DNA of 64,000 nucleotides, from contig NC_042997.1 of NCBI RefSeq assembly GCF_006345805.1, positions 183,458,001-183,522,000 on the forward strand, given 5' to 3'. Below, piece by piece: positions 48,609 to 60,957 of this stretch (positions within the stretch are counted from its first letter, which is position 1; each line of letters opens with the position of its first letter). Source of the DNA: Octopus sinensis. Its lineage: Eukaryota. A program made the position numbers and the translations under genes. The notes under the pieces are model-generated. The model was not told where the DNA came from. It made no database searches and saw only the letters and a list, made by a program, of their open reading frames with translations.

Positions 48609-51600
48609 AACAGAATCAAAAAAACTTTCTGCAATATGGACCACTGAAAATTCAACAAAGCCGACAGTTGTCACAAGATGTTTCAATAGGAAATGGGCAA
48701 GGGTGATTAAATTATCATGTGACTTATACAGCACATTGGAATAGATGGAGAAAAAATGAGTTAGGAAATGTATTTATGAAGAAATTGATTGATTTAGTCA
48801 TTAAGTTACAGTGGTTTTCTTTTGTAATTTATAAAGATGTTCAATCAACTAATATTATAATACTTATGACTACTTACTGAAAAAGCTTAGAAAATAGCTG
48901 TCCATTTTTAAGCCTCAGATCTTAACATTTGTTCTTATAGTACTTTAGCTGGATATGTTATTTGTACTTCATTAACAGGACATAACTGAATGAGAAACAG
49001 TGAGTAAGAACATTTAATATAAATGGAATAAATATACGACACCATTCTAATTATTATTCTTATACCCAGTAATATTCCTCAGCCCGTTGTCCAACATCTC
49101 TCCACTCCTTTAACTTCATCATCACAAACATCTCTACTAGAAATAATAAATAACACAGCTACCACCACTACCTCCAACATCATCATTACTACCACGGCTG
49201 ATACTCGCAGCATCATCACCATCATCGCTGTCTTCGCCAGCACTACTATCAGCATGAGCACACTCAGCACTATCACCACTTCCACCACCACTACTGCCTT
49301 CATCACTAGCACTGCCACCATCAATACTGCCCACCCAATATTATCAATAATTATGCTACCCTACAAACATCTTTCTCTTCCATACCCTTCCATAACAATG
49401 ATTATTCTATTTTTATTTCCAAATACACATAAATATTACAATTTTGTAGTAGCCATGCTATCCTACTTAGGACTGCTTAGGATATCTAATACAATATTTA
49501 GGACATATTTAAAAGAAGATATTTATTTATAATCACTACTGCATAAATATGTAACTTATTTTGTATAGATTTCCTTACGTGTCACGGTTGGTTAAATCTG
49601 ATGTTCTTTGGTATTTACTGGTAGGAAGGAAACATTGGATTTAACTTACCATCACACTCAGTAACATAAACATATTGCACTCCCCCAAAATCAAAATATT
49701 AGGAATTAGCTACAACTCTTCTACAACATTCACATCGCACATATAAGACATAGTAAAAAAAAAAAGGGGTGAAGTGATGTACAAGCTCACCAAAACCAGA
49801 AAGAGGCATTGCTTTTAATGCACACAAAGGAATAGCAACACTAAAGCACAAACAATACATTAGACCCGTCATAGATTATGCACCCAATCTCTCTGCAACA
49901 AGCTACAGAAAACTACATATTCAAAACTAGATATTGTGCCTTAATGCAGGTTGCACACATACCACTCACACAATGAAAGAAAAATATTCTGCATCGATAA
50001 GGAAGCTTCTATGTAGTTGCTTGACTAGCAAGAAATTGCAGCCAAATTTTCCTCAAATATTACCCTACCATAAAAAAAAAAGATAAAGAAACAGGGTAAA
50101 TTAATATTGTATATAATATGCTAGAAATGAATATGGGATAATCACTGAAGCATGGTCAGAAAATTTTTCATTTTCTATTTCTTTTTTTTTTTTTTTTGCC
50201 ACAGAAATATTTTTCCATTGCATGTAAACACAGCCAGAGAATGACAATGATTATAAAGCTATGACTCTGCACGAAATGGCTTATAAACTGCAGAGGGATA
50301 GCAGCTGTTGAACTCTTAGTTAACATTGCTTGCTTCTACTGTGGCCACTGCACAGAAATAGATGGGATAGTGGAAAGAGATCAACAAGTGTAGACTGTCA
50401 TGCTACACTCCCCATGAGTCATCACAGTATGGTAGAATGTGCAGCATGGACTTCAGTTCGGTGAAGGCATGATACAACTTGAAAGATCTACACCTCATTG
50501 TTTATCCAACTATCTGTGTGCCTTAAGTTGACTTGATCAGAGCAGAACTGGGACTTTACAGCAACAACAAAAATATTTCAAATGTAAATCCTTTTGCTGC
50601 TTCAAACTGCAACCATTATGGTACCTGCTACTATAACCACCCCAAACACCCAGGCACAGTTACAACACCCAAACACATTTGATACCTTCCAGCTACATTT
50701 ATACAACCCAAATACATTAACAGCTCTCCAGAAATATTAACAATCTGTGACCTGGCAGAAACGTTAGTGCACCGGGCGAAATGCTTAGCGGTATTTTGTC
50801 TGCCATTACGTTCTGAGTTCAAATACCGCCAAGGTCGACTTTGCCTTTCATCCCTTCGGGGTCGATAAATTAAGTACTAGTTATGCACTGGGGTTGATGT
50901 AATCAACATAATCCATTTGTCTGTTTTATCCCCTCTTTTTATCCCCTCTAAGTTTAGCCCCTTATGGGCAATAAAGAAATAAGAAACATTAACAACACCA
51001 TGAAACAAGAAGGAAGCCTCTCTATGGTTACTCAACAAGTTAGAAATAACTACCAAATTTTCCTCAGATCACACCCTACTGTCTTATGAAAGATGCATTG
51101 AACAATGTACTCTCTGATATACAAAAAGATGAGATGGTTACAACTTTGACATCCTTGATCATAAGTCTGCTCAGTCAGGGCTGACAACTATAACAACTAC
51201 ATAGACAAAATAGTTACATGGTAGCCCAGCCTGAAAGAGAAATTGCCAAATATCCTTCAAATAACACCTCACCATATTAAAATAAAAAAAAAAAAAACCC
51301 ACATTAGATAATATAGTTCTAGCTGCATTGTATGCAACACTTACATGGGATGGTCATGGTTGGAATGTTTAGCTCAGTAAAGGTGAACTGAGCTAAACAA
51401 CAAAAATGACAAAGCTACATCAAAAGCATTACCTCCCCCACCCCCACACACACACACAATCCACGAAATAAAGCATAAAGAATATAAAGAACAACAGCTG
51501 TATCAATAACTTCATTAGACCCAAACAATGTTTTGGGATGCTTCTCTGTACCCAGAATTAAATGCGTATGAACATTAAATGTAATATACTGATTGATTCC

Positions 51601-54600
51601 AACTTGCCACTTCTTATTTCTTTATTGCCCACAAGGGGCTAAATATAGAGGGAACAAACAAGGACAGACAAAGGAATTAAGTCGATTACATCGACTCCAG
51701 TGCGTAACTGGTACTTGATTTATCAACTCCGAAAGGATGAAAGGCAAAGTCAACCTCGGCGGAATTTGAACTCAGAATGTAAAGACAGACGAAATATTGC
51801 TAAAAACTTTGCCCAGCGTGCTAATGTTTCTGCCAGCTTGCCGCCTTCTTTCTACTTCTGTTGTGTTCATCCTCCCAGAACTTATTGGTGTATAGACTAG
51901 ACAGTTGTACAAAATCAACGCATTTGTGCTACCATATGGTACTTCAGATTTTGGGTAGTTGCAGCTGAAACTGGACATATAACTATGATGTAATAGACTT
52001 CATCAATTATTTAAAAGTTGATAAAAGTAATAATTTAAATTACAACCAAACATGATAGTAAGCAAATGGTATTCTTAGTTTATCTTTGGGTGGGTGCCAG
52101 AAAGTAGAGTTAAACTTTTGGCATGCTAAGCAAAGACTGACCTTTCTCTTCAGGACTAGAAAATACTTTAGCACCTTATCAACTACTCACTCCCTACAAG
52201 GTTCACGTGAGACCCACAATGGTGTCTCCCACATCTGAGACAGTAATACTGCTATAGGCATTCCAGATCACATCTAGAGAAAGGTTACTCAACTGATTGA
52301 TATGAAGTCACTTACAAACATACCCCAGCCGCCAACCCACAGACATACTGTCTCGCCTCTCTACCTTTACTACTATAACTACAATGGTTTCTGCTCTTTG
52401 GAGTTGGCTGGTCCTGTGTCACACTCAATTCACTCATCTCTCCTACTCTCATTACTCCATGTTATACCCATCTCCCTGCTGCCTTGTGTGGTAATTAACT
52501 AAGCTTTTAGAAAAAGGCTAAGGGAGTAAAACCCTAAAGAAAATTCAGAGGGAAGTACTCAAAAGCAGATGGCTTCCTCTGTGATTTCATGCATGCTGCA
52601 AATATACAGCTTACTTTTTCTATTGTGGCTTATCCATGAGTGGAGAGGTGGTTAGTGTACTTGGGACCAGGTATTCGCTTCTGGAAACAGCCTAGGCATT
52701 TGTGAAGGTTAAGTTATTGTTGCTGCAATACTTTTAACCAAAAACGAACACTGAAAGAAGCCTATCGTATGTGTGTGTGTGTGTCTGTGTGCATGCGTGT
52801 GTATTTGTCCACCCTCCCTACATGACTACTGATGTTGATTTGTTTACATCCTTGAAAGATAGCAGTTTGGCAAAAGAGACCAACAGAATAAGTACGAGAT
52901 GTTAATTTGTTCAACTAAACCCTTCAAGGCAGTACCCCAGCATGGCCACAGCCCAATGAGAGAAATGAGTAAAAGATAAAAGATAGCAGAAATATTGGTT
53001 TCAAATTTGGACACAGGGCCAGTAATTTCAGGGGAGGGTGTAAGTTGATTATATTGACCCCAGTGTTGTGTTTAACTGGTAATTATTTTACTGACCCTGA
53101 AAGGATGAAAGGCAAAGTCAACCTTGACAGAATTTGAACTCAGAATGTAAAGGTAGCCAAAATGCTGCTCAGAATTTTGCCTGGTGCAGTAACAATTCTG
53201 GCAGCTCACTGCCTTAAAGAGAGTAGAAATATTGGCTTTAAATTTCTGGCATGAGACCAGCAAGTTTGGGGCAGAGGGTAAGTCAATTACATCGACCCCA
53301 GTGCTCAAATAGTATTTATTTCACCAACCCCAAAAGGATGAAAGACAAAGTCAACCTTGGTGGAATTTGAACTCTGAATGTAAAGACAGATAAAATGCTG
53401 TTAAGCATTTTGTCTGGTGTGTTAATGATTCTGCTAGCTCACCACATTACAGAAATATTAAATAATGTAGTGGCTGAGTGGTAAGAAGCTTGCTTACCAA
53501 CAACATGGTTCCAGGTTCAAAGCTGACCAAAGCCTTGTGAGTGGATTTGGTAGACAGAAACTGAAAGAAGCCCGTCGTATATATGTATGTATATATGTGT
53601 GTGTGTGTGTGTTTGTGTGTCTGTGTTTGTCCCACAACATCGCTTGACAACCGATGCTGGTGTGTTTATGTCCCCGTAACTTAGCGTTTTGGCATAAGAG
53701 ACGAATAGAATATGTACTAGGCTTCCAAAGAATAAGTCCTGGGGCTGATTTGCTTGACTAAAGGCAGTGCTTTCAATATGGCCGCAGTCAAATGACTGAA
53801 ACAAATGAAGGAGCAAAAGAGTAATGTTATGAAGCAGAGAAATTCAAAGATGGCCATAGCAAAATATCTTAATCACTTGAAAGTGCCAGTGTTTACACAG
53901 TGAAACAAGTTATTCCCTGTAACAAGTGAAAAAAAAAAAGTAAGGTGTGAATAATAATAAAAAAAACAACATATAATATACATACACTGTATTTTAGATA
54001 TGAATATAGCTGCCTCATTCCATGTGGTTGATAGTTTCTGCCACCTAAGTGACCTAATTAGTGCTGGGTTGGCTTTTAATTCTTTTTAAAAAAAAAAAAA
54101 TTTTTATATCACATTTCATGAACAATAGTGTTGTCATTTGTTACAGGTTTACAATGAAGCAGTGACTGGTTCACTGCATTTGGAACACCAGTTAACAATG
54201 ACAAAGGAGTGCCTGTGCAATTTGTGTCAAATGAATATGTTGGTTTCAAATTTTGGCACAAGACCAACAGCTTTGAGGGGAGGGGCAAGTTGATTACATC
54301 AACAACCTCCTCCCCCAGTGCTTGACTGGTACTTATTTTATCAACCCCAAAAGGTTGAAAACCAAAGTCAACTTTGATGGAATTTGAACTCAGAATGCAA
54401 GAATGGATGAAACGCTGCTAAGCATTTGCCTGATATGCTAACGATTCTGTCAGCCTGCCGTACAGCATATTTTAGTTCAAAAGCACCAGTTTATCAGTTT
54501 TCTTGCCAATGTTTACATCTTTTGCCAACACACAATAGTGTAAAACACACATATGCACACAACCCACCCCCATTTTGTTTTTGCAATGTTTTCGCAAGAA

Positions 54601-55324
54601 TCTTGATGTTAAATTGTGGGTTGAAACAGATACTGCTGTATTTGTGCACATGAATACCAACAAATACACATGCACCAAAATCTCTCTTGTAGCTCTGCAC
54701 CAGGTAGTGTAGACAAGGAAGTCAATGAAAAAGCTTTTGTAGTGAAATGAATGATTTTCACAAACCAGTCAATTGACTAATTAATTGATTAATTAGTCAA
54801 TTAGCAATAAAAAGGAATGAGTTACATCCAGTACCTGTGATTTTATTGGTAGAATGTTATGCCTAAAGTATAACAGTGTATACATATACATTCCCACACA
54901 CATATAAATGCATACATACACATATATATACATATATATTATATATGTATGTACATACATATATATTTATTAGCAACAGAAACAGTATTTATACAGAGAG
55001 GGAATATTTATCCCCACTTAAACGTGGATGTTCTGTTAAAACAAACTATACTGCAGTATACCTCCCCACCAGTGATATATATAGAATAATAGAAGGCGGC
55101 AAGCTGGCAGAACCGTTAGCACGCCGGGTGAAATGCTTAGCGGCATTTCGTCTGTCTTTATGTTCTGAGTTCAAATTCCACCGAGGTCGACTTTACCTTT
55201 CATCCTTTCGGGGTTGATTAAATAAGTGCCAGTTATACACTGCGGTTGATATAATAGACTTAATCCATTTGTCTGTCCTTGTTTGTCCCCTCTGTGTGTA
55301 GCCCCTTGTGGGCTGTAAAGAAAT

Positions 55325-55634
55325 GAGAATAACAGTGCCAGAACAGATGCTGGTGTTGCAATTAGCCAATGAGCTTGTTAAAAGATATTTATTAGTGACA
55401 GAGTCAGTATTAATGCCAAGAGGTAATATTTATCCCCACTTAAACATAGATGTTCTGCTTGAACATGCTATACTACAGCAGTTACCATAAGAGAAATTCT
55501 CATATTGGCTTTTGGTGCAATATTTATTCCCACTCAAATGTGTTGATAAATATTGACTCGGTTGCTAGTAAATATCTTTTAACAAGCTCACTGGCTAATT
55601 GTGACACCAGTGCCTGTTCTGGCACTGTTATTCT
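55325..55634. repeat. Hairpin with ~85-bp arms, from a repeat family also seen at 18388-18720 and 55000-55085
   Basis: agaataacagtgccagaacag...gagcttgttaaaagatattta / taaatatcttttaacaagctc...ctgttctggcactgttattct; the loop contains ggtaatatttatccccacttaaa...gttctg, shared with 18391. Confidence 0.75.
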
Positions 55635-56055
55635 TTATATTGCTGGCGGGAAGGTGAATCACTGCTATTTCTAGTGGTCAGGCATCCATTATTGACAAGA
55701 TCAAGGAAGGTCGAAATTATGTGATCTGGCGGACTCACTACTGGAGGTGTCTGGTATTTTTATATATGTAAACGTAATCTGTTATACATGTATGTATATT
55801 ATTATAATTGTTTAAAATAAATAAATAGACATAATATAATGTCTAACAGTTGATGAATACCAACCACCTCCTGATCCCCTCCATTTTCTTCTTGCTATAT
55901 ATATATATATATATATATACATGGTCATGGATGTATAGTTAAATAGTTAAGAAGGTTCCTTCCAAACCATATGGTGTCAGGTTCAGTTCCACTGTGTGGT
56001 ACTTTGGACGAGTGTCTCCTGGTTGACAGAAATTGGAAGAAGCCAACGACGTGTA

Positions 56056-56118
<63 letters not shown>

Positions 56119-56844
56119 ATGCGTGTGTGAATGAAAATGTGTATGTGTACCCTTGCCTTGACATCATGTTGTTTGTTTCCAGGCTTCCATGAAAATCCTG
56201 TCAGGCAAATATTACTTTGCTTTGAAACAGGTAATGATTGGTGTAGGAAGAGCAACTGGCTGTACAAAATCTGACCTATGCAAGCATGGAAAAGTGGATG
56301 TTAAACATGATGATGATGATGATAGTGGGCTTGTACTGAAGTTCCATGCAATGCAATGAAATCATGTTGTTTTGAACCTAACTTCACAATTGCACAACAA
56401 TAATCTCAGTGTAGTGAAAGTATCAAAGCAAAAGTAAAAAAGACCCAAAGAATTATCTGAGTGAATAAGTGAGTGAGTAAATGAGTGTGAGTGTGTGTGT
56501 GTGTGTGTGTGTGCGTATGCGCACATGTGTGTTTATGTTTCTTTAGCTTGACATTGCATCCTATTTATAAATAAACATAACCATCCTCCAATTGGGGTCA
56601 TTTTCTGGCAATCTACAAAGAAAATACATCTAACTATTGTGTTTGAAGGACTAGAGAAAATAATTTACTTTGCTTAGAAACAAGTGAATGTTGGCAACAG
56701 GAACAGCATCTGGCAGCAGAAAATTTGCCTCAACAAATTGATCCATGCAATTATGGAAAAGTGTACATTAAAATGATGATGATGATGATGATAGTGGTGG
56801 TGATGATGAATATATAATGTGATGGATCTTATTCTAGTGTTTAA

Positions 56845-57064
56845 CCCTTTCGTTACCAGCCCGGCTGAAACCGGCTCTGGCTCTGAGTACAAATGTCTTA
56901 TTTTCATAAGGTTTGAATTAAAATTATCCATCAAACCTTAGTCACAATTTATGTTCCTAACACTAGCTCAATGATAACCAAGTTATTTTACTAAATTCTT
57001 TGTTATATTTAAAGTAATTGAAAGAAACACAGAGCATCTCAAAATAAATGCAGTAACGAAAGGG
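56845..57064. mobile_element. piggyBac-type MITE, 220 bp, TTAA TSD
   Basis: ttaa|ccctttcgttac ... gtaacgaaaggg|ttaa, perfect 12-bp TIR. Confidence 0.88.
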
Positions 57065-57990
57065 TTAAGGTATTGTGCAGGTGAGACAGTTTCCAGCTGT
57101 GGTTATAACATTTATGTCTCAATCACAAGTTCTGTTCAAAAAAATTTGGGATCTGTGAGGCTGGTTAAAAAAAGTTCTCATACATTGCATGACATACTAA
57201 ATGTATAAATCAGTGGAGCTGTCCTTGTTTATGGTGTATATTTACAACCAAGTGAAATGGACCATCGAGAACTCAGTGTATTTTGATATGGACACAAAAA
57301 CAGCATTGGAGACAGGATGTATGTTATTTCCACTTAAGATGGTGAAAAGATTAACTGGACGAGTAAATGCATGTATTGCATTCATCTTTTTAAAATAACT
57401 GAATACTTTTATGTCATTGACTTTCTAATAGGGAAATGAGTGTGGTGTATATTTTTTCAAGTTAGATAGACTGAGGTTTAAAGAATGACATATCTGTACC
57501 TATTGTGCTTGTGTCTAGTAAAAAGAACATACCTTTATTTATTTATAGATAACGCTGTTGATGCACATATATTTAAAATCTTTAAAGACCATTTGTGCAT
57601 TAATGACCTACTTGCTATTATTTCTTACAGCTTACATTCCTATATAGTTCATATCATGCTTTGTGTCTCTTTAACTTTGCACATATAGCATGATACATAA
57701 GTAACTTAGATACCACATGCCAAACATGCATTGCATTTATAAGCAAAACATGTCTGAAAACGTATTTTAATTAAAACATGACAATGAAATCTTATTCAAC
57801 AATACTAAGGCAAAATCAATTCACATATAGGCGCAGGTGTGGATGTGTGGTAAGTAGCTTGCTTACCAACCGCACAGTTTCGGGTTTATTCCCACTGCGT
57901 GGCACCTTGGGCAAGTGTTTTCTACTATTGCCTCGGGCCGACTAAAGCCTTGTGAGTGGATTTGGTTGACGGAAACTGAAAGAAGCCCGT

Positions 57991-58915
57991 CATCATCATC
58001 ATCATCATCATCATTTAGCGTCCGTTTTCCATGCTAGCATGGGTTGGACGTTCTACTGGGGTCTGTGAAGCCAGAAGGCTTCATCAGGCCCAGTCAAATC
58101 TGGCAGTGTTTCTACGGCTGGATGCCCTTCCTAACGCCAACCACTCCGTGAGTGTAGTGGGTGCTTTTTACGTGCCACCCGCACTGGTGCCAGACAGAGC
58201 TGGCAAACGGCCATGAACGGATGGTGCTTTTTATGTGCCACCGGCACGAGAGCCAGGCGAGGCTGGCAACGGACACGAAACGGGGCGGTGCTGGCAACGG
58301 TCGCGAAACGGAAAGTTCTCTTACATGCCACCGGCACTGGTAACACATCTGCAATTTCCATTGATCGATTTCGATTCTGATCCTCACTTGCCTCAATGGG
58401 TCTTCACAAGCAGAGTTTCGACATGCCACCGGCACTGGTAGCACATCCGCAATTTCCATTGATCGATTTCGATTCTGATCCTCACTTGCCTCAACACGTC
58501 TTCACAAGTAGAGTTTTGTGTCCCAAGAAGGGAAGGTATGCATACGTAGGCTGGCTCCATCCCATGTAGAAGGCCACGGGTTGTGGACTCACTTGTCCTG
58601 CCGGGTCTTCTCGCGCACAGCACACTTCCAGAGGTCTCGGTCTCTAGTCATTTCCTCAGTGAGACCTAAAGTTCGAAGGTCGTGCTTCACCACCTCGTCC
58701 CAGGTTTTCCTGGGTCTGCCTCTTCCACAGGTTCCCTCAACCGCTAGGGTGTGGCACTTTTTCACACAACTATCTTCATCCATTCTCGCCACATGACCAT
58801 ACCAGCGCAAACGTCTCTCTTGCACACCACAACTGATGCTTCTTAGGTCCAGCTTTTCTCTCAAGGTACTTACACTCTGCCGAGTGTGAGTACCGGCATT
58901 ACACATCCATCGGAG

Positions 58916-58920
<5 letters not shown>
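57991..58920 (-). mobile_element. RTE-clade LINE, 5'-truncated (ORF C-terminus, repeat-containing 3' UTR, (gat)n tail), inserted in a SINE (57828-59295)
   Basis: MLRWMCN...RERLG-like LREKLDL...VQERRLRWYGHVARMDEDSCVKKC...VEGTCGRGRPRKTWDEVVKHDL...DRDLWK, then stop at 58589; UTR and tail run to 57991. The SINE head lies to the left and the SINE microsatellite and tail to the right. Confidence 0.9.
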
Positions 58921-58959
<39 letters not shown>

Positions 58960-58993
58960 TTATATATATACATATGTGTGTGTGTGTGTATGT

Positions 58994-59044
<51 letters not shown>

Positions 59045-60097
59045 CTCAGTCAAATCATCCAACCCATGCTAGCATGGAAAGCGGACGTTAAATGATGATG
59101 ATGATGATGATGATGATGTCTGTGTTTGTCCTGCAACATCGCTTGACAATCGATGCTGGTGTGTTTACGTTACCCCTAACTTAGCGGTTCAGCAAAAGAG
59201 ACCGATAGAATAAGTACTAGACTTCCAAAGAATAAGTCCTGGGGTCGATGCACTTGACTAAAGGTGGTGCTCCAGCATGGCTACAGTCAAATGACTGAAA
59301 CAAGTAAAAAGAGAAAAAGAAAATATCAAGAAGATATTCTTTGCGTATGAGCAGAAATATAACTAAAGCCCTCACAGTCATTACAAATATCAAATTTTAT
59401 ATTCTCTGATTATTTCTTATGATGGCCTTACATACATGATATTGTTACAATTGCATCTGAGGGTCAGAATATAATACTTGGCTTTAATAAATTGCTGACA
59501 CTTTACAAAGCTCAGGTGCAACCCAATTTTGAGAAACATTGATATCTTTGAGACAGCCTACATAAAAACTTTTAAGACAGCATTCAAAATAAGGTCACCC
59601 AGAAAAATACTACTACTAGGACTGCTTCACCTTTGAAGAAAAGGTGTTCTTACCTAATGAAACATCAACCTGTGTTGCATATCTAGACATGCTCTTATAT
59701 ACTTAAATGATAAACTTCTGGAAAGTTTTACAGATTTTTACAGTTCAAGTGATGGCTTGGATCTGTAATCTTCGAATCAACTTTCTCCTTTCTGGTTTTG
59801 AGAAGCCTAATTTCTCATGATTGCTATAGCCTAGTCGTGTTTATCTGCATCAGTGTTTCCATATCAGCTCACCTGGATTTCTCTAATAGCCACACTTTAC
59901 CTCGTAGACCTAGTGCTTGATAAAGACTTCAGAATTTAAGTTCGAATTTTTGAGCACTACTATGTTTTCTATACTGAGCCGCTCTCTAGATCTCGTCTGT
60001 TGACAGTATACATATACACACAAACACACACATATACAGATACATACAAGGACAAATAGACACACACTCACATATATGTACATACATATATACATAT

Positions 60098-60435
60098 AGT
60101 GAAGGCGCATGGCTCAGTGGTTAGAGCGTCGAGCTTACAATCGTGAAGTTGTGAGTTCGAATCCCAGACCGGGCTGCGTGTTGTGTTATTAAACAAGACA
60201 CTTTATTTCACGTTGCTCCAGTTCACTCAGCTGTAGAAATGAGTTGCAACGTCACAGGTGCCAAGCTGTATTGGCCTTTGCTTTTCCCTCGGATAACACT
60301 GGTGGTGTGGAGAGGGGAGGCCGGTATGCATGGGTGACTGCTGGTCTTCCATAAACAACCTTATCCGGACTTGTGCCTGAGAGGGTAAGTTTCTAGGTGC
60401 AATCCCATGGTCATTCATGACCGATGGGGGTCCCA
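60098..60435 (+). mobile_element. tRNA-derived SINE, fourth family
   Basis: gtgaaggcgcatggctcagtggttagagcg (A box)...gagttcgaatccc (B box); non-tRNA body; inverted copy at 32490-32830. Confidence 0.85.
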
Positions 60436-60917
60436 ATATACATATACATAAACATATCCATTTCTGTTATATATATGTGATGAATAAAGTGGCAAAGAAA
60501 ATTGAATAATAAATTTGTAAGAAAAATGAAGATAGATGAGAAAATAATACAAGCGAACATGAACATGCTTCACCCTCATCAATAGCCAACCAAATACCAT
60601 AGCAAATTCAACACCTTTAAACAATGTCCAATTTGGTGGGGTTAGTAATGTGGAAACAACTGTGACACGCATGCACACATACACACACACACACACATTT
60701 AAAAAATTAATCAAAGACAGGGAAAAAAGGCAAAGAATAAATTGTTATGGAAAAAATAGTTTCCTGATCAAACCATAAATTAAGACAAGGGGAGAAAAAT
60801 AGGAAAAAAAATAGATGAAACAAATGTATATACAAATACATAAAATTACTTGCAACAAAAGGACAAAATTAAAAGGAGTTTTGGGATGTATAACATATGC
60901 ATGTGTGAGTGTGTGTG

Positions 60918-60957
<40 letters not shown>

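Noticed and set aside
49079-49334. ORFs with Ser/Thr- or Val-rich composition
   Set aside because: Degenerate (CAC/CAT/TAC)n low-complexity tract without splice or homology support.
59680-60010. Possible Helitron/HINE-like element next to a microsatellite
   Set aside because: Single copy in the window with no clear termini or hairpin I could verify.
60098-60175. tRNA-like sequences (also at 5216, 6514, 16860-16937 and 55095)
   Set aside because: A/B boxes continue into SINE bodies and lack a proper acceptor stem; these are SINE heads, not tRNA genes.
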